The position numbers and the translations under genes are program-made. Positions 8,124 through 16,833 of a DNA stretch of 64,000 nucleotides are shown here, in pieces. Below the pieces are notes generated by a model. That model was not told the DNA's origin. It saw nothing but the letters and a program-made list of their open reading frames with translations, and made no database searches. Source of the stretch: a virus. The stretch covers positions 33,596-97,595 of the IMG/VR virus record IMGVR_UViG_3300028920_000052, one strand, 5' to 3'. Position 1 is the stretch's first letter, and every line of letters starts with the position of its first letter.

Positions 8124-8609
8124 TTATTTACGTGCTGCAAATTCAGTATTTGCTTCTGTTTTTGAAGCAACTGGCTCCCTATCCATACCAAGTTTTACAT
8201 CTTCTTCTACTGAACTTTCAGGAAGAACTAAAGTATTCCTATAAACAGGAGCACCTTCAAATGTAATAGTTTCATTAGTACTAGGGTTAATTTTTGGGCT
8301 ATGTCCTTCGTAAGCTGGTTCAAAAGATTCTTTAATAACCAATTTAACAGGAAACATTTTCACTGAAAAATCCATTCCTTCTTTTAGTCCATAAGTTTCA
8401 ACATCTTTTACAAGATCTTCAACTTTACCTACATACCTACCTACTCTTTTTTCTTCTTGCCTAAATCCGCCATCATTGATAGATAGAGTATTACTACGTA
8501 ACATAATAAATCCAAATTCAGGATTATTAGCATTTACAGTAATAATAGGATACTTCTCATGTGGAGTTGAGTTGTTGTAATTTTCGGGTTTTGAAATAAT
8601 TGCTTTCAT
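8124..8609 (-). CDS. conserved crAss-like early protein, possibly ssDNA-binding
   Basis: likely ATG at 8609; beta-rich, PKINP...GAPVYR motif; function inferred from recollection of crAss-like proteins only. Confidence 0.5.
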   Translation of the reverse strand: MKAIISKPENYNNSTPHEKYPIITVNANNPEFGFIMLRSNTLSINDGGFRQEEKRVGRYVGKVEDLVKDVETYGLKEGMDFSVKMFPVKLVIKESFEPAYEGHSPKINPSTNETITFEGAPVYRNTLVLPESSVEEDVKLGMDREPVASKTEANTEFAARK

Positions 8610-8750
8610 TTTTGTAAGAGTTTTGATTAGTAATTTATTTAATTTTGTAAAGTTTTGTTGAAGTTTTGTCAGAGTATTCAACTTTCCTCTGTCATTTCTA
8701 TCTCAGTATTATATTTACTGCAAGAGTAGAATATGAATTAGTATTTTTAA

Positions 8751-9461
8751 TTATTCTTTAATCCAACTTATAAATGTTGGAAGATATGTATCTAATTTTA
8801 AATCTTTGATAATCTTTGCTCTACATTTATATTTTTCTATAAAAGCTGCTTCATTAAATTCTTTATAAGCCATAACATTATGAAGAGCTTCTAATATTCT
8901 AGATGTAACAATTTCGTATTTATCTAATTTAGAAGCAAGTTTTAAAGTCTCTTTTGTTTCTTCTAAAAGATTTATTCTAAAATTACCATCTTTTACTATA
9001 TATAAAGTATTTTTATTACTACTTCTAGAATGTAGCAATCTACATATAGTATCTATAGTGTATCTTGTTCTACTTTTAACAGATACTGCTTGTACATAAT
9101 CTGCATAACCCAACATAGCATACGCTTTAACATAGTCCATTGTAGCCCATCTTTTTTGAGTACTATTCAAAGTAGAAACAAAATTAACTAATTTTGGCAC
9201 AGATTTGAATTTTAAATCCAATACATTTGCGTAAAAAGGAATATCCATAGATAATGCAGTAGCCATTCTATGTTGACCGTCTACGACATAACTTTCTTTT
9301 TCTCCAGTTATTATGTCGGTTTGAATAACTAAAATAGGATGAATAAATCCATATTTATGCATACTTTCTTGTAAGACTTTTCTTACATGGAATTCTCTGT
9401 TAAAAGGTAAAACTTTTAAATCTTTCCCAGTTGTGTACTTTACTAATTTTATGTTTTTCAA
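8751..9461 (-). CDS. ParB/Srx-like N-terminal domain protein
   Basis: GFIHPILV...VVDGQHRM signature. Confidence 0.75.
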   Translation of the reverse strand: MKNIKLVKYTTGKDLKVLPFNREFHVRKVLQESMHKYGFIHPILVIQTDIITGEKESYVVDGQHRMATALSMDIPFYANVLDLKFKSVPKLVNFVSTLNSTQKRWATMDYVKAYAMLGYADYVQAVSVKSRTRYTIDTICRLLHSRSSNKNTLYIVKDGNFRINLLEETKETLKLASKLDKYEIVTSRILEALHNVMAYKEFNEAAFIEKYKCRAKIIKDLKLDTYLPTFISWIKE

Positions 9462-9582
9462 ATTTTATTATTATTAAAAGTTTAAAAAGAAATCCTCTGA
9501 GGCTTTATATAATTGAATTGTCGCTCGCTACTAAAAACACTCCATGATTACGCTTCATGTAACGGCTCAGAGGATTTCATGT

Positions 9583-9870
9583 CTAACCTAACCTTTCCAT
9601 TTGTTCTCTCATCTCTTCAATATTCCAAAGAGACTCTTCTATTATTACATCATCAATATCTTTTAACGCTAAAAAGATATGATTGTCAAAATTTTCATCA
9701 GGTATTATAGCCTGAAGAATTTGTCTTATTGTTGCTCCAGTCTCTGCATTTTGGTACTCTACTAATATGTTACCATTAACTACATCATAAGATGTAACTG
9801 CAGTAAAATCTCCCATAGTTGCTTCTATAGAAGGCTTTAGATTATGATAATAAGTCATCAGCATCTTCAT
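9583..9870 (-). CDS. hypothetical protein
   Basis: 95 aa, operon packing. Confidence 0.65.
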   Translation of the reverse strand: MKMLMTYYHNLKPSIEATMGDFTAVTSYDVVNGNILVEYQNAETGATIRQILQAIIPDENFDNHIFLALKDIDDVIIEESLWNIEEMREQMERLG

Positions 9871-10153
9871 TTGTTACATTATACAATTCTTTCTGATTAT
9901 CTAAAAATATTTCTTCACATAACAATGGTTCTGTACCTAATATTTTTAATAATTCAGATTCATATCCTTTTGGAATTATTTCATCCAAAGTAGTAATTGC
10001 CTTGCTGTAGAATTCACACTCTAACCAAAATCTAATTGCAGATTCTACATCATCAAACTCTTTTTCCATTTGATGATAACCATGTTTAGTAATATGCTTT
10101 CTATCTTCAGGTAAATCTATATTACCATTATATACTACTACAATTTTACTCAT
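9842..10153 (-). CDS. hypothetical protein
   Basis: likely ATG at 10153 overlapping upstream stop. Confidence 0.65.
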   Translation of the reverse strand: MSKIVVVYNGNIDLPEDRKHITKHGYHQMEKEFDDVESAIRFWLECEFYSKAITTLDEIIPKGYESELLKILGTEPLLCEEIFLDNQKELYNVTNEDADDLLS

Positions 10154-10427
10154 GGTATAATTTGTTATTAAAGTAAACTTTATTAATAATATATCCAGCA
10201 TCTCTAAGAGACTGTAGATGAGTTGATACTTCACTTTTATAACATACAAATGAGTGAGTAGATCTATACTCTTTTACTTTAGGAGAATGTTGAGTATATA
10301 CTATTAGCCTACATTTATATTTCTCATAAGGTGTATAAAAACTACCTACTAATTTTTCCTTATGAAGTGATTTCATAAGTTTAATTTGCTTCCTTTCTTC
10401 AGGAGTTTTTTGAATTGTATTGCTCAT
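10146..10427 (-). CDS. hypothetical protein
   Basis: 93 aa basic ORF. Confidence 0.65.
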   Translation of the reverse strand: MSNTIQKTPEERKQIKLMKSLHKEKLVGSFYTPYEKYKCRLIVYTQHSPKVKEYRSTHSFVCYKSEVSTHLQSLRDAGYIINKVYFNNKLYHE

Positions 10428-10448
10428 AATTTGAGTCTTTAGTGTTAG

Positions 10449-10841
10449 TTAATAAATATCAAATCTCCAAGTATACTTTGAAGTATTATTTTTTCTTGTT
10501 CTTACTGTTGTAGATTGAATATATCCAAATAAAGATTCTATTGCTCTTTCAATAGGAGTTTCAGATGTTCTTACTATTCCTTTGTAAAAGCTATCATTAA
10601 AAATAGTTAGTATATCATTATAGTATCCTGTATTTTCTCTAATTTTCATATATAGTTCAAATAGATTTGTAAACATACAACTTCTAAACTCATATAAATA
10701 TTTTTTAGGGTCTAAAGCATAATGTTTTTTATAATACTTCTCTAATAATCCTATTATTGTGCCATCATTTTTGAAAGGGTGTCTTCCTTTACATAGTCTT
10801 AATAATCTCTTTTCACGCTTATTTAAAATTATTTTGCTCAT
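10449..10841 (-). CDS. hypothetical protein
   Basis: 130 aa basic ORF. Confidence 0.65.
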   Translation of the reverse strand: MSKIILNKREKRLLRLCKGRHPFKNDGTIIGLLEKYYKKHYALDPKKYLYEFRSCMFTNLFELYMKIRENTGYYNDILTIFNDSFYKGIVRTSETPIERAIESLFGYIQSTTVRTRKNNTSKYTWRFDIY

Positions 10842-11045
10842 AATTTTGAGGCTTTATTATTAGTTTAATTTGTAAAGAGAGTGTTATACCTTTTTCAGGC
10901 TCTACAACACTCTCTCTGTCTGTTTAAAGGTTAGACTTTACCTTTTATGTTATAATATTAAAAAGACATGGTAGAGATAATTATAAAAATGAACCAGGGA
11001 TTAGTTAATAATTAAGATAACTATAGTTCTACCATGTCTTATAAG

Positions 11046-11372
11046 TTATTCAATAGTAAAGTAATACTCAAAAAATTCACTATTTGGCCAACATACTATT
11101 TGATAGTCTGCTGGTGTTAAATAAAACTCTAATTCAAAAAAATCAATTCCAACATAATCAACTTTACCTGTTGTTAAATTTAGTACAGCAAGTTCACTTA
11201 CTTCAAAATTAGAAATAATCTCAATTTTGTTGTTAAAAGGATAAATATGCATTAATATTAAGTCTTCTCCACTAGAATAAAGAGTAGTAGTTTCATACTC
11301 TTTATCTACTTCTTGTTTCTCGCATGCTACAACTGTTATTAACAGGAGCATTATAAATAGTAGTTTTTTCAT
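11046..11372 (-). CDS. lipoprotein with Ig-like (T9SS-CTD/DUF3244-like) domain
   Basis: MKKLLFIMLLLITVVA-C lipobox followed by charged EKQEVDKE; IYP...VLNLTTGK...LTPADYQI...FTIE pattern. Confidence 0.65.
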   Translation of the reverse strand: MKKLLFIMLLLITVVACEKQEVDKEYETTTLYSSGEDLILMHIYPFNNKIEIISNFEVSELAVLNLTTGKVDYVGIDFFELEFYLTPADYQIVCWPNSEFFEYYFTIE

Positions 11373-11394
11373 TTTTTGTTGTATTTATAAATAA

Positions 11395-11619
11395 TTATCT
11401 TGTAAATTCTGATACAAAGAACCAATTGTATTCTCTGTAATTACAAAGAAAATCAATTTTTCCCCAAGATTTATTACCTAAATCATTAGCTTTTGGAAAT
11501 TTTTTATTTTTTCCATTTAATACTTGAATAGTTTTAGTGGTACTATTCACATTTACATCATGTTTTTTGGATAAGGCTTTAAGCACTTCATCCTCTGTGT
11601 ACCGTTGTTTACGTGCCAT
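11395..11619 (-). CDS. hypothetical protein
   Basis: 74 aa, DLGNKSWGKIDFL motif. Confidence 0.7.
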   Translation of the reverse strand: MARKQRYTEDEVLKALSKKHDVNVNSTTKTIQVLNGKNKKFPKANDLGNKSWGKIDFLCNYREYNWFFVSEFTR

Positions 11620-11880
11620 AATTGTAATTTTTATTATTAATAAACAAAATAAACCTCTCCTAACCTAATTTAATAGGTAACTCTCATCAAGGTTATTTCT
11701 TGAGTTTTATAAATCACCTTTCTCCTAACTAGATGCTGGTGATTATTTGAAATCCCAATTCTTAACTTCTTCTATTGGAATTAGATTACCCTGTATTAAT
11801 ATATACATGATTAAATGTATTTAGCCGTTTATATTATTTCTACAGTTAAGTCTGGCTAAGGCTAGATTGTAGAAATTAAT

Positions 11881-12009
11881 TTACTTATTAATAGTCTTTT
11901 CATATTTCTTCCATTGATATCTTTCTACAAGATAATCAACAAGAAGAAATCCAAAAACAATGCCTAGAGCTACTCCAAGCATTAAAAGTAAACCAGTAGT
12001 TTGAGACAT
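11881..12009 (-). CDS. 42 aa single-TM membrane protein (below ORF-track cutoff)
   Basis: MSQTTGLLLMLGVALGIVFGFLLVDYLVERYQWKKYEKTINK; A-rich leader. Confidence 0.65.
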   Translation of the reverse strand: MSQTTGLLLMLGVALGIVFGFLLVDYLVERYQWKKYEKTINK

Positions 12010-12032
12010 AGTTTTAATAAGAATTTAGTAAT

Positions 12033-12188
12033 TTAACTTAGATAATAAAATATACTCCAAAGAATACAAGTTGGAATATAAATAAACCAATGTACCCAAT
12101 TTGAAATATTTGTTTCAATTTGTTCAAATGCATACATTCTTATAGAAAGAATAGTAAATAATAAACAAAAGAATAATAAGATTGCCAT
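12033..12188 (-). CDS. 51 aa two-TM membrane protein (below ORF-track cutoff)
   Basis: MAILLFFCLLFTILSIRMYAFEQIETNISNWVHWFIYIPTCILWSIFYYLS; CTAACCT leader motif. Confidence 0.65.
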   Translation of the reverse strand: MAILLFFCLLFTILSIRMYAFEQIETNISNWVHWFIYIPTCILWSIFYYLS

Positions 12189-12346
12189 AGTTTTAAGTAT
12201 TAGGTTAGTAATGTTTTTTATAACTATTGCAGGTTAATCACTCCTACTGCACAATGTTTAATACTTCCTAGTTGGTTCATACATCAAATATTACCTATAA
12301 GACTAGTACTGGATTAAACTACTATACTTGTATTACTACAAGCAAG

Positions 12347-12904
12347 GCATATTAAAACAGATAGTTGTAGCTATCACTCTTTTATGAGTTGTTATAATAT
12401 GCTGCCACTACAATAATAGGAATAATTTCTGTACCTATTGATTAAATAGGCTATTATTGCTTTATACTTCTCTACCAATTATGAGGCTAATCTCAACAGC
12501 TAATAACTGCTTTATTGGTATGAAGATATTAAATAAGTGAAATTGGTAGCTTTTTATAGTTTTTATTTAAGCCACTCTACTCTTCTGTTAGCACTGCCAA
12601 TATTCACTTATATTATCAAATAGTTTGTAATTATGTGGCTACGTCACATACCTCTTTAGACTTCCATAGGCTATATTACAAACTTCCATTACTGGTTTGA
12701 TAATTTGTAAAAACTCTTTCTATCCACAATGCTAACTGTAGAATATAATTAAACGTAGGCTCATCTCTACTATGGGTTTGTACACCAAGTTTTATTATTA
12801 ATTATATCTTACCTCAGACAACATTCTGTTAGCTTAAAATTAAATAGTAGGTGTCGCAACTGTTTTATCCTAGTATTTTTATCTGCATTCAGTAGAAAGA
12901 GTTT
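12347..12904. ncRNA. candidate array of back-to-back structured modules
   Basis: six adjacent closing stems of 7-12 bp with inner hairpins; no ORF. Confidence 0.5.
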
Positions 12905-12912
12905 AGTTAGTT

Positions 12913-13185
12913 TTAAGGTTTAAATGTATAAATGTAAGTAGTATCTGTTACTGTTTTGCTGTCTTCAATAGTATTAGTAATTACTACTTTAGGAATAACT
13001 CTGTATTTTACTTTGTATTCAGGGGCAATATTTATGGCTGCTGTTAATATTATTGTAAATATAACAACAATTATAATTGCTGCCATTCCTACTCCTACAA
13101 AGTCATCTTCTTTTAAACATAACAAATTAGCAATTATTCCAAAAACTGCTATTAGTCCTAAAAATACTATAAATGCTGTTATCAT
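12913..13185 (-). CDS. two-TM membrane protein
   Basis: two hydrophobic segments; likely ATG at 13185. Confidence 0.7.
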   Translation of the reverse strand: MITAFIVFLGLIAVFGIIANLLCLKEDDFVGVGMAAIIIVVIFTIILTAAINIAPEYKVKYRVIPKVVITNTIEDSKTVTDTTYIYTFKP

Positions 13186-13298
13186 AATTGTAAGTTTTAA
13201 TTGATAAAATTTAAAGGTTAGCACTAGTTTATAAAATAAGTTTTCACACCTTTGATGCTATCTCAGGTGGGAAACTAAATACTATTTTTGTAGTTTAA

Positions 13299-13646
13299 TT
13301 ATTCACTTTCTTTCTGTCCTTCCCGTTCTACTTTAGACACCATTCCACTACTAGTTCTAAAAACAGCATTACCACATTTTATTTTAATATCTTGTAAGTA
13401 AACTATTTTTGTGTTCCTTGTAAAGGAAGGATCTATTGCTATTTTATTGGTTATATTAACTTTTAAAACTATACAATCAATAAATTTAAGTTTTTTGTGT
13501 ATTCCTGTAAGTTTTGGATAAGAAAAGACAATATGACATTTTTTTTCTTCATGTGTTAATGCAGAACCATCTATTAATCTTACTATATCTCCTACTTTTA
13601 TAGTAGGGTCAATATAATGTTTAATTGTTGCTGTAAAAGTTTCCAT
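13299..13646 (-). CDS. hypothetical protein (SH3/KOW-like start)
   Basis: IKVGDIVRL motif. Confidence 0.65.
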   Translation of the reverse strand: METFTATIKHYIDPTIKVGDIVRLIDGSALTHEEKKCHIVFSYPKLTGIHKKLKFIDCIVLKVNITNKIAIDPSFTRNTKIVYLQDIKIKCGNAVFRTSSGMVSKVEREGQKESE

Positions 13647-13935
13647 TATAATAAGTTTTTAGGTTAGTATTAGGTTAATCCACTCTGTATTTATCAGGGC
13701 TTGTGACCTGCTATCATAAGATAGGCTACATTAGATTATGTTATATATATTTGATGTGTCAAATAATAGTGATGTTGGAAAAAGGGGAAAAAGGTATAAG
13801 TGGTAATAGAGCCACATACTTACACCTTTATTTCTCAAACATTTTCAAGCATTTTCAAACAATTTACTTGATACATCAAATACTTTTGAACAAAATGTCC
13901 TATATATATAAAGGTATACATTATGTTAAATAGAA

Positions 13936-14371
13936 ATAAACTCTCACAAGGTTGCACCTTGAAGATATGCACCAAAACACCTTATAGATAGCTCCGAACC
14001 CTTTAGGTATTATACTGGAGATAGTGCATTATTAGCTATAAGTTCCTGCAATTGGATGAGAGTTTATCAGAAAAATACTGTAAATTCATGGGAATCAGCT
14101 TTACTGCCTAGATTAAGACAGACCCAAGTATCCTTTATTAATATAAGCTGCGAAACCTATAAGCCCCTTTAAAGATAAAACTAGGTAAAGGCATTTTACA
14201 GTATAAGAAAGAAACACTCAAACTGTATAGTACATAAGGAAAAACATTAAAAACCCTTATAATACAACAGTAAGAGTGTTGTGAATATTTAAAAGGTACA
14301 CAACTCCACTAATCCTGCGCACTACTCTATCACTATATTTCTCTGTATATAGTAGTGGAATTGCGTACCTT
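13936..14371 (-). ncRNA. candidate array of four structured RNA modules
   Basis: closing stems 13936/14067, 14075/14204, 14213/14280, 14293/14371; the last has two G.U pairs only on the minus strand. Confidence 0.55.
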
Positions 14372-14400
14372 ATATTATGTCTAATAAAAAAAGAACTAGC

Positions 14401-14646
14401 CTAATAGGCTAGAACTTTCAGTGGTGAGCCATCCTTGGCAGCTCTTACTTCCCCAGTTTCTGCATCTACCATATCAACTATGATAAATCCATCAGGGATT
14501 GGAAACTCTTCCCCTTCCTTGATACCTTCAGGTAATGCAGTCTTAGGGATATAAACTGGAGTTGCACTGAATACAAATGCATTAGCCTTAATCATTACTA
14601 ATGCAGATTTTTCCCCACGTAGGGAATGGAATTTAGCAAGTGCCAT
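14401..14646 (-). CDS. hypothetical protein, first gene of the leftward (early) unit
   Basis: 81 aa, CTAACCT leader motif. Confidence 0.75.
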   Translation of the reverse strand: MALAKFHSLRGEKSALVMIKANAFVFSATPVYIPKTALPEGIKEGEEFPIPDGFIIVDMVDAETGEVRAAKDGSPLKVLAY

Positions 14647-14954
14647 AATTTTGAGTTATTAGGTTAGACAATTTGATGGGGGCTATATCCCCCTTGCTAG
14701 AAGTTAGTGGGGGTTATTGAGTAGATACATCATATTTTCGTCAATGAAAAAAATTTAAAAAAAAATTATAAAAAAAATATTTTTTACATTTTTATTAATG
14801 ATGTATTTTTGCATCATAAAGTATGAATATTGTACTTAATGTTGAATATTTGCTACTTTAACATAAAGGATAAATTTGAGAAAAGTATTAAAATTTTTAA
14901 ATTTTCTAAAATTTTTACTAAAATATTTGGAATTGTCAGAAGTATTGTTTTACT

Positions 14955-15290
14955 TTGCACAATACTTCCCAAAGCTCAGGACTGTTCACGAGTTGATCCT
15001 GGTCCACAAGCTGAGGGCATGAATACCCTCTGAGGTAGCCAAAGTAAGAGGAGAACAGGGCCAAGTAGATGCACTCTTGAAATAATAGAGAAACATAGTG
15101 TTAAGGAAGTCCTGTAGTATGAAAGATGATACATAGCAATGTGTAAAGGAGATAAAGGCTAGGGTGAGATTGAGATGCCTCTCTACAATTTAAAAGTTGG
15201 ACGGGATAACCAAGACGGCGCATTGTGAAAGTTGAAATTAAGTAGGAAGCCTGAAAACCTAGTTTTCTCAGGAAGTTTTCTATTTAAATA
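14955..15290 (+). ncRNA. candidate non-coding RNA
   Basis: raised GC, no credible ORF, promoter-like TTTG...TTACTTTG just upstream, TACATA-GCAA-TGTGTA GNRA hairpin at 15130-15145. Confidence 0.35.
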
Positions 15291-15375
15291 AAAGGTAATT
15301 AATCACTTAATTCAAAACACTTATTGTTAAGTTTTAACAAAGGGAAGGAAAAGTTGTAAAATTTTTCCTTTTTTA

Positions 15376-15407
15376 TTTGGATATTATGCGTAAGTTACAT
15401 ATCTTTG
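15376..15407 (+). promoter_or_regulatory. Bacteroidota sigma-A type promoter
   Basis: TTTG-N20-TATCTTTG upstream of the methylase. Confidence 0.8.
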
Positions 15408-15430
15408 TTTAGAACTAAAATTAAAATGAT

Positions 15431-15850
15431 ATGAAAGATAGAAATTTAAAACATAGTGATAATTGGGCCACTCCAAGAGAATTTTTTGACAAATTAAACA
15501 AAGAATTTAAATTTGATTTTGACCCTTGCCCTCTACACAGTACATTTGATGGGCTAAAAATTGAATGGGGTAATTCTAATTTCATCAATCCCCCATACTC
15601 AAAGAAATTAAAAGAACAGTTTGTTATAAAAGCTATTGATGAAAGTTTAAAAGGTAAATTATGTGTGATGTTACTACCAGTATCCACAAGTACAAAATTA
15701 TTTCACCAACATATTTTACCCAATGCTAAAGAGATAAGATTTGTGGAGAAAAGAATAAGATTTTTAGGAATAAATACCAAAGGGGAATACGTTACAAATA
15801 AAACACCAATGCATGATAGTATGGTAGTTATATTCGATGGTAGAAATTAA
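15431..15850 (+). CDS. phage DNA N6-adenine methyltransferase (Dam-like)
   Basis: WATP, FDFDPCP, FINPPYS catalytic motif. Confidence 0.9.
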   Translation: MKDRNLKHSDNWATPREFFDKLNKEFKFDFDPCPLHSTFDGLKIEWGNSNFINPPYSKKLKEQFVIKAIDESLKGKLCVMLLPVSTSTKLFHQHILPNAKEIRFVEKRIRFLGINTKGEYVTNKTPMHDSMVVIFDGRN

Positions 15851-15865
15851 TTAAAACTATAATAT

Positions 15866-16075
15866 ATGACAAAGAAAAGAGTAGACATTGAACTAAAAGT
15901 AACTACATTAGCCTGGGCAGCATCTGAATCTACTAAGTTGGGGATTAGTAGAAGGCAGTATTTAGCTAGAGTAATAGAAAGATTTTATGCAGAGGGTTTA
16001 TATGGTAATCCTTCTTTAGCGCAAGCAGCTTATCCTTTAACATATGATGAAGCTTATACAAAGAATAATGGATAA
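15866..16075 (+). CDS. putative ribbon-helix-helix DNA-binding protein
   Basis: KKRVDIEL strand followed by helix-GISRRQYLARVIE. Confidence 0.55.
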   Translation: MTKKRVDIELKVTTLAWAASESTKLGISRRQYLARVIERFYAEGLYGNPSLAQAAYPLTYDEAYTKNNG

Positions 16076-16125
16076 TTTAAAGATAGCTTTTAAAGAAGAA
16101 TTTAAACTTTTAAAAATAGAAGAAG

Positions 16126-16485
16126 ATGACACCAGAACTAAAACTTGAAAAATTAAAAGAACTAGTAAATACTTGGGTAAACTACCTAGATTTATGGAAA
16201 AATGTAACAGTTCATACAGTTACTAAGACTGAAAAGAATAATACTACTACAGTAACAATTAGAGATGAATATGGAAGAGAAAGAGAGGGTATTCATACAG
16301 TAGTAGAAGAAGTGCCTCCAACAACTTTTGTTAGAGTAATATGGCATACTCCTAAAGGAAAATGGAAGAATATATTACACCCTAAAGGATTTGAAGCTAA
16401 AGAATTTCCATTATCTGATATAGATAAAAGAATAGATCATTATAAATATAAACTTAGGAGTATTAAAGAAAAACTTGCACAGTAA
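16126..16485 (+). CDS. hypothetical protein
   Basis: 119 aa ORF. Confidence 0.7.
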   Translation: MTPELKLEKLKELVNTWVNYLDLWKNVTVHTVTKTEKNNTTTVTIRDEYGREREGIHTVVEEVPPTTFVRVIWHTPKGKWKNILHPKGFEAKEFPLSDIDKRIDHYKYKLRSIKEKLAQ

Positions 16486-16505
16486 ATAAAAAGTATATAT
16501 ATTTG
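16474..16505 (+). promoter_or_regulatory. Bacteroidota sigma-A type promoter
   Basis: CTTG-N20-TATATTTG upstream of the GroES-like gene. Confidence 0.75.
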
Positions 16506-16527
16506 TCAAACTAAAAAATTAAATTAA

Positions 16528-16833
16528 ATGGAAAGAATTAAAGACTTGAGCAAAGTTACACTTCAGATGCATACAGTATTACTGAAGATGACAGAAAAGA
16601 AAACTAACATTATTATGCCTGAAGAAGCAGAAGAGGGCAATAAGATGAATTTTAAGCACGGTATTGTTATTGCTAAAGATGCTAGTGTAACTAAACTAGA
16701 TGTTGGGGATGTAGTTTTAGAATTTCCAGGAGGAAGAGTATATGACTGGAAAGGTAATAAGTATGTTATGGTTAGAGCAGATGCTATAACTTTAGCAGTT
16801 AAGCCTGATAATATTGAATTAACAGAAGAGTAA
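16528..16833 (+). CDS. groES: GroES-like co-chaperonin
   Basis: TVLLK...IIMP mobile loop, GIVIA, LDVGDVV, KYVMVRADAI pattern. Confidence 0.75.
   Translation: MERIKDLSKVTLQMHTVLLKMTEKKTNIIMPEEAEEGNKMNFKHGIVIAKDASVTKLDVGDVVLEFPGGRVYDWKGNKYVMVRADAITLAVKPDNIELTEE

Noticed and set aside
11833-11879. Minus-strand TAATTTCTAC...GTAGA resembles a Cas12a direct repeat (possible RNA anti-CRISPR)
   Set aside because: The loop is 25 nt instead of 4-5, it ends GTAGAA rather than GTAGAT, and TAATTTCTAC also occurs at about 35417 in an unrelated context, so a chance match in AT-rich DNA is likely
1725-13933. Plus-strand ORFs in the left arm (for example 1725, 2287, 3660, 4845, 7604, 7744, 9513, 12956, 13703)
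   Set aside because: Mostly antisense shadows of real genes or intron structure, with F/L/I/S-rich composition and no plausible leaders
14278-14304. GTTGTGAAT...CACAAC resembles the ends of Bacteroidota type II-C CRISPR repeats
   Set aside because: Single copy, only 27 nt, and both ends are already used in longer neighbouring stems; no array seen anywhere in the window
11620-15430. tRNA genes in the non-coding region
   Set aside because: No cloverleaf with a recognisable T-loop (GTTCRA) and acceptor stem found by eye; tRNAscan-SE would be decisive
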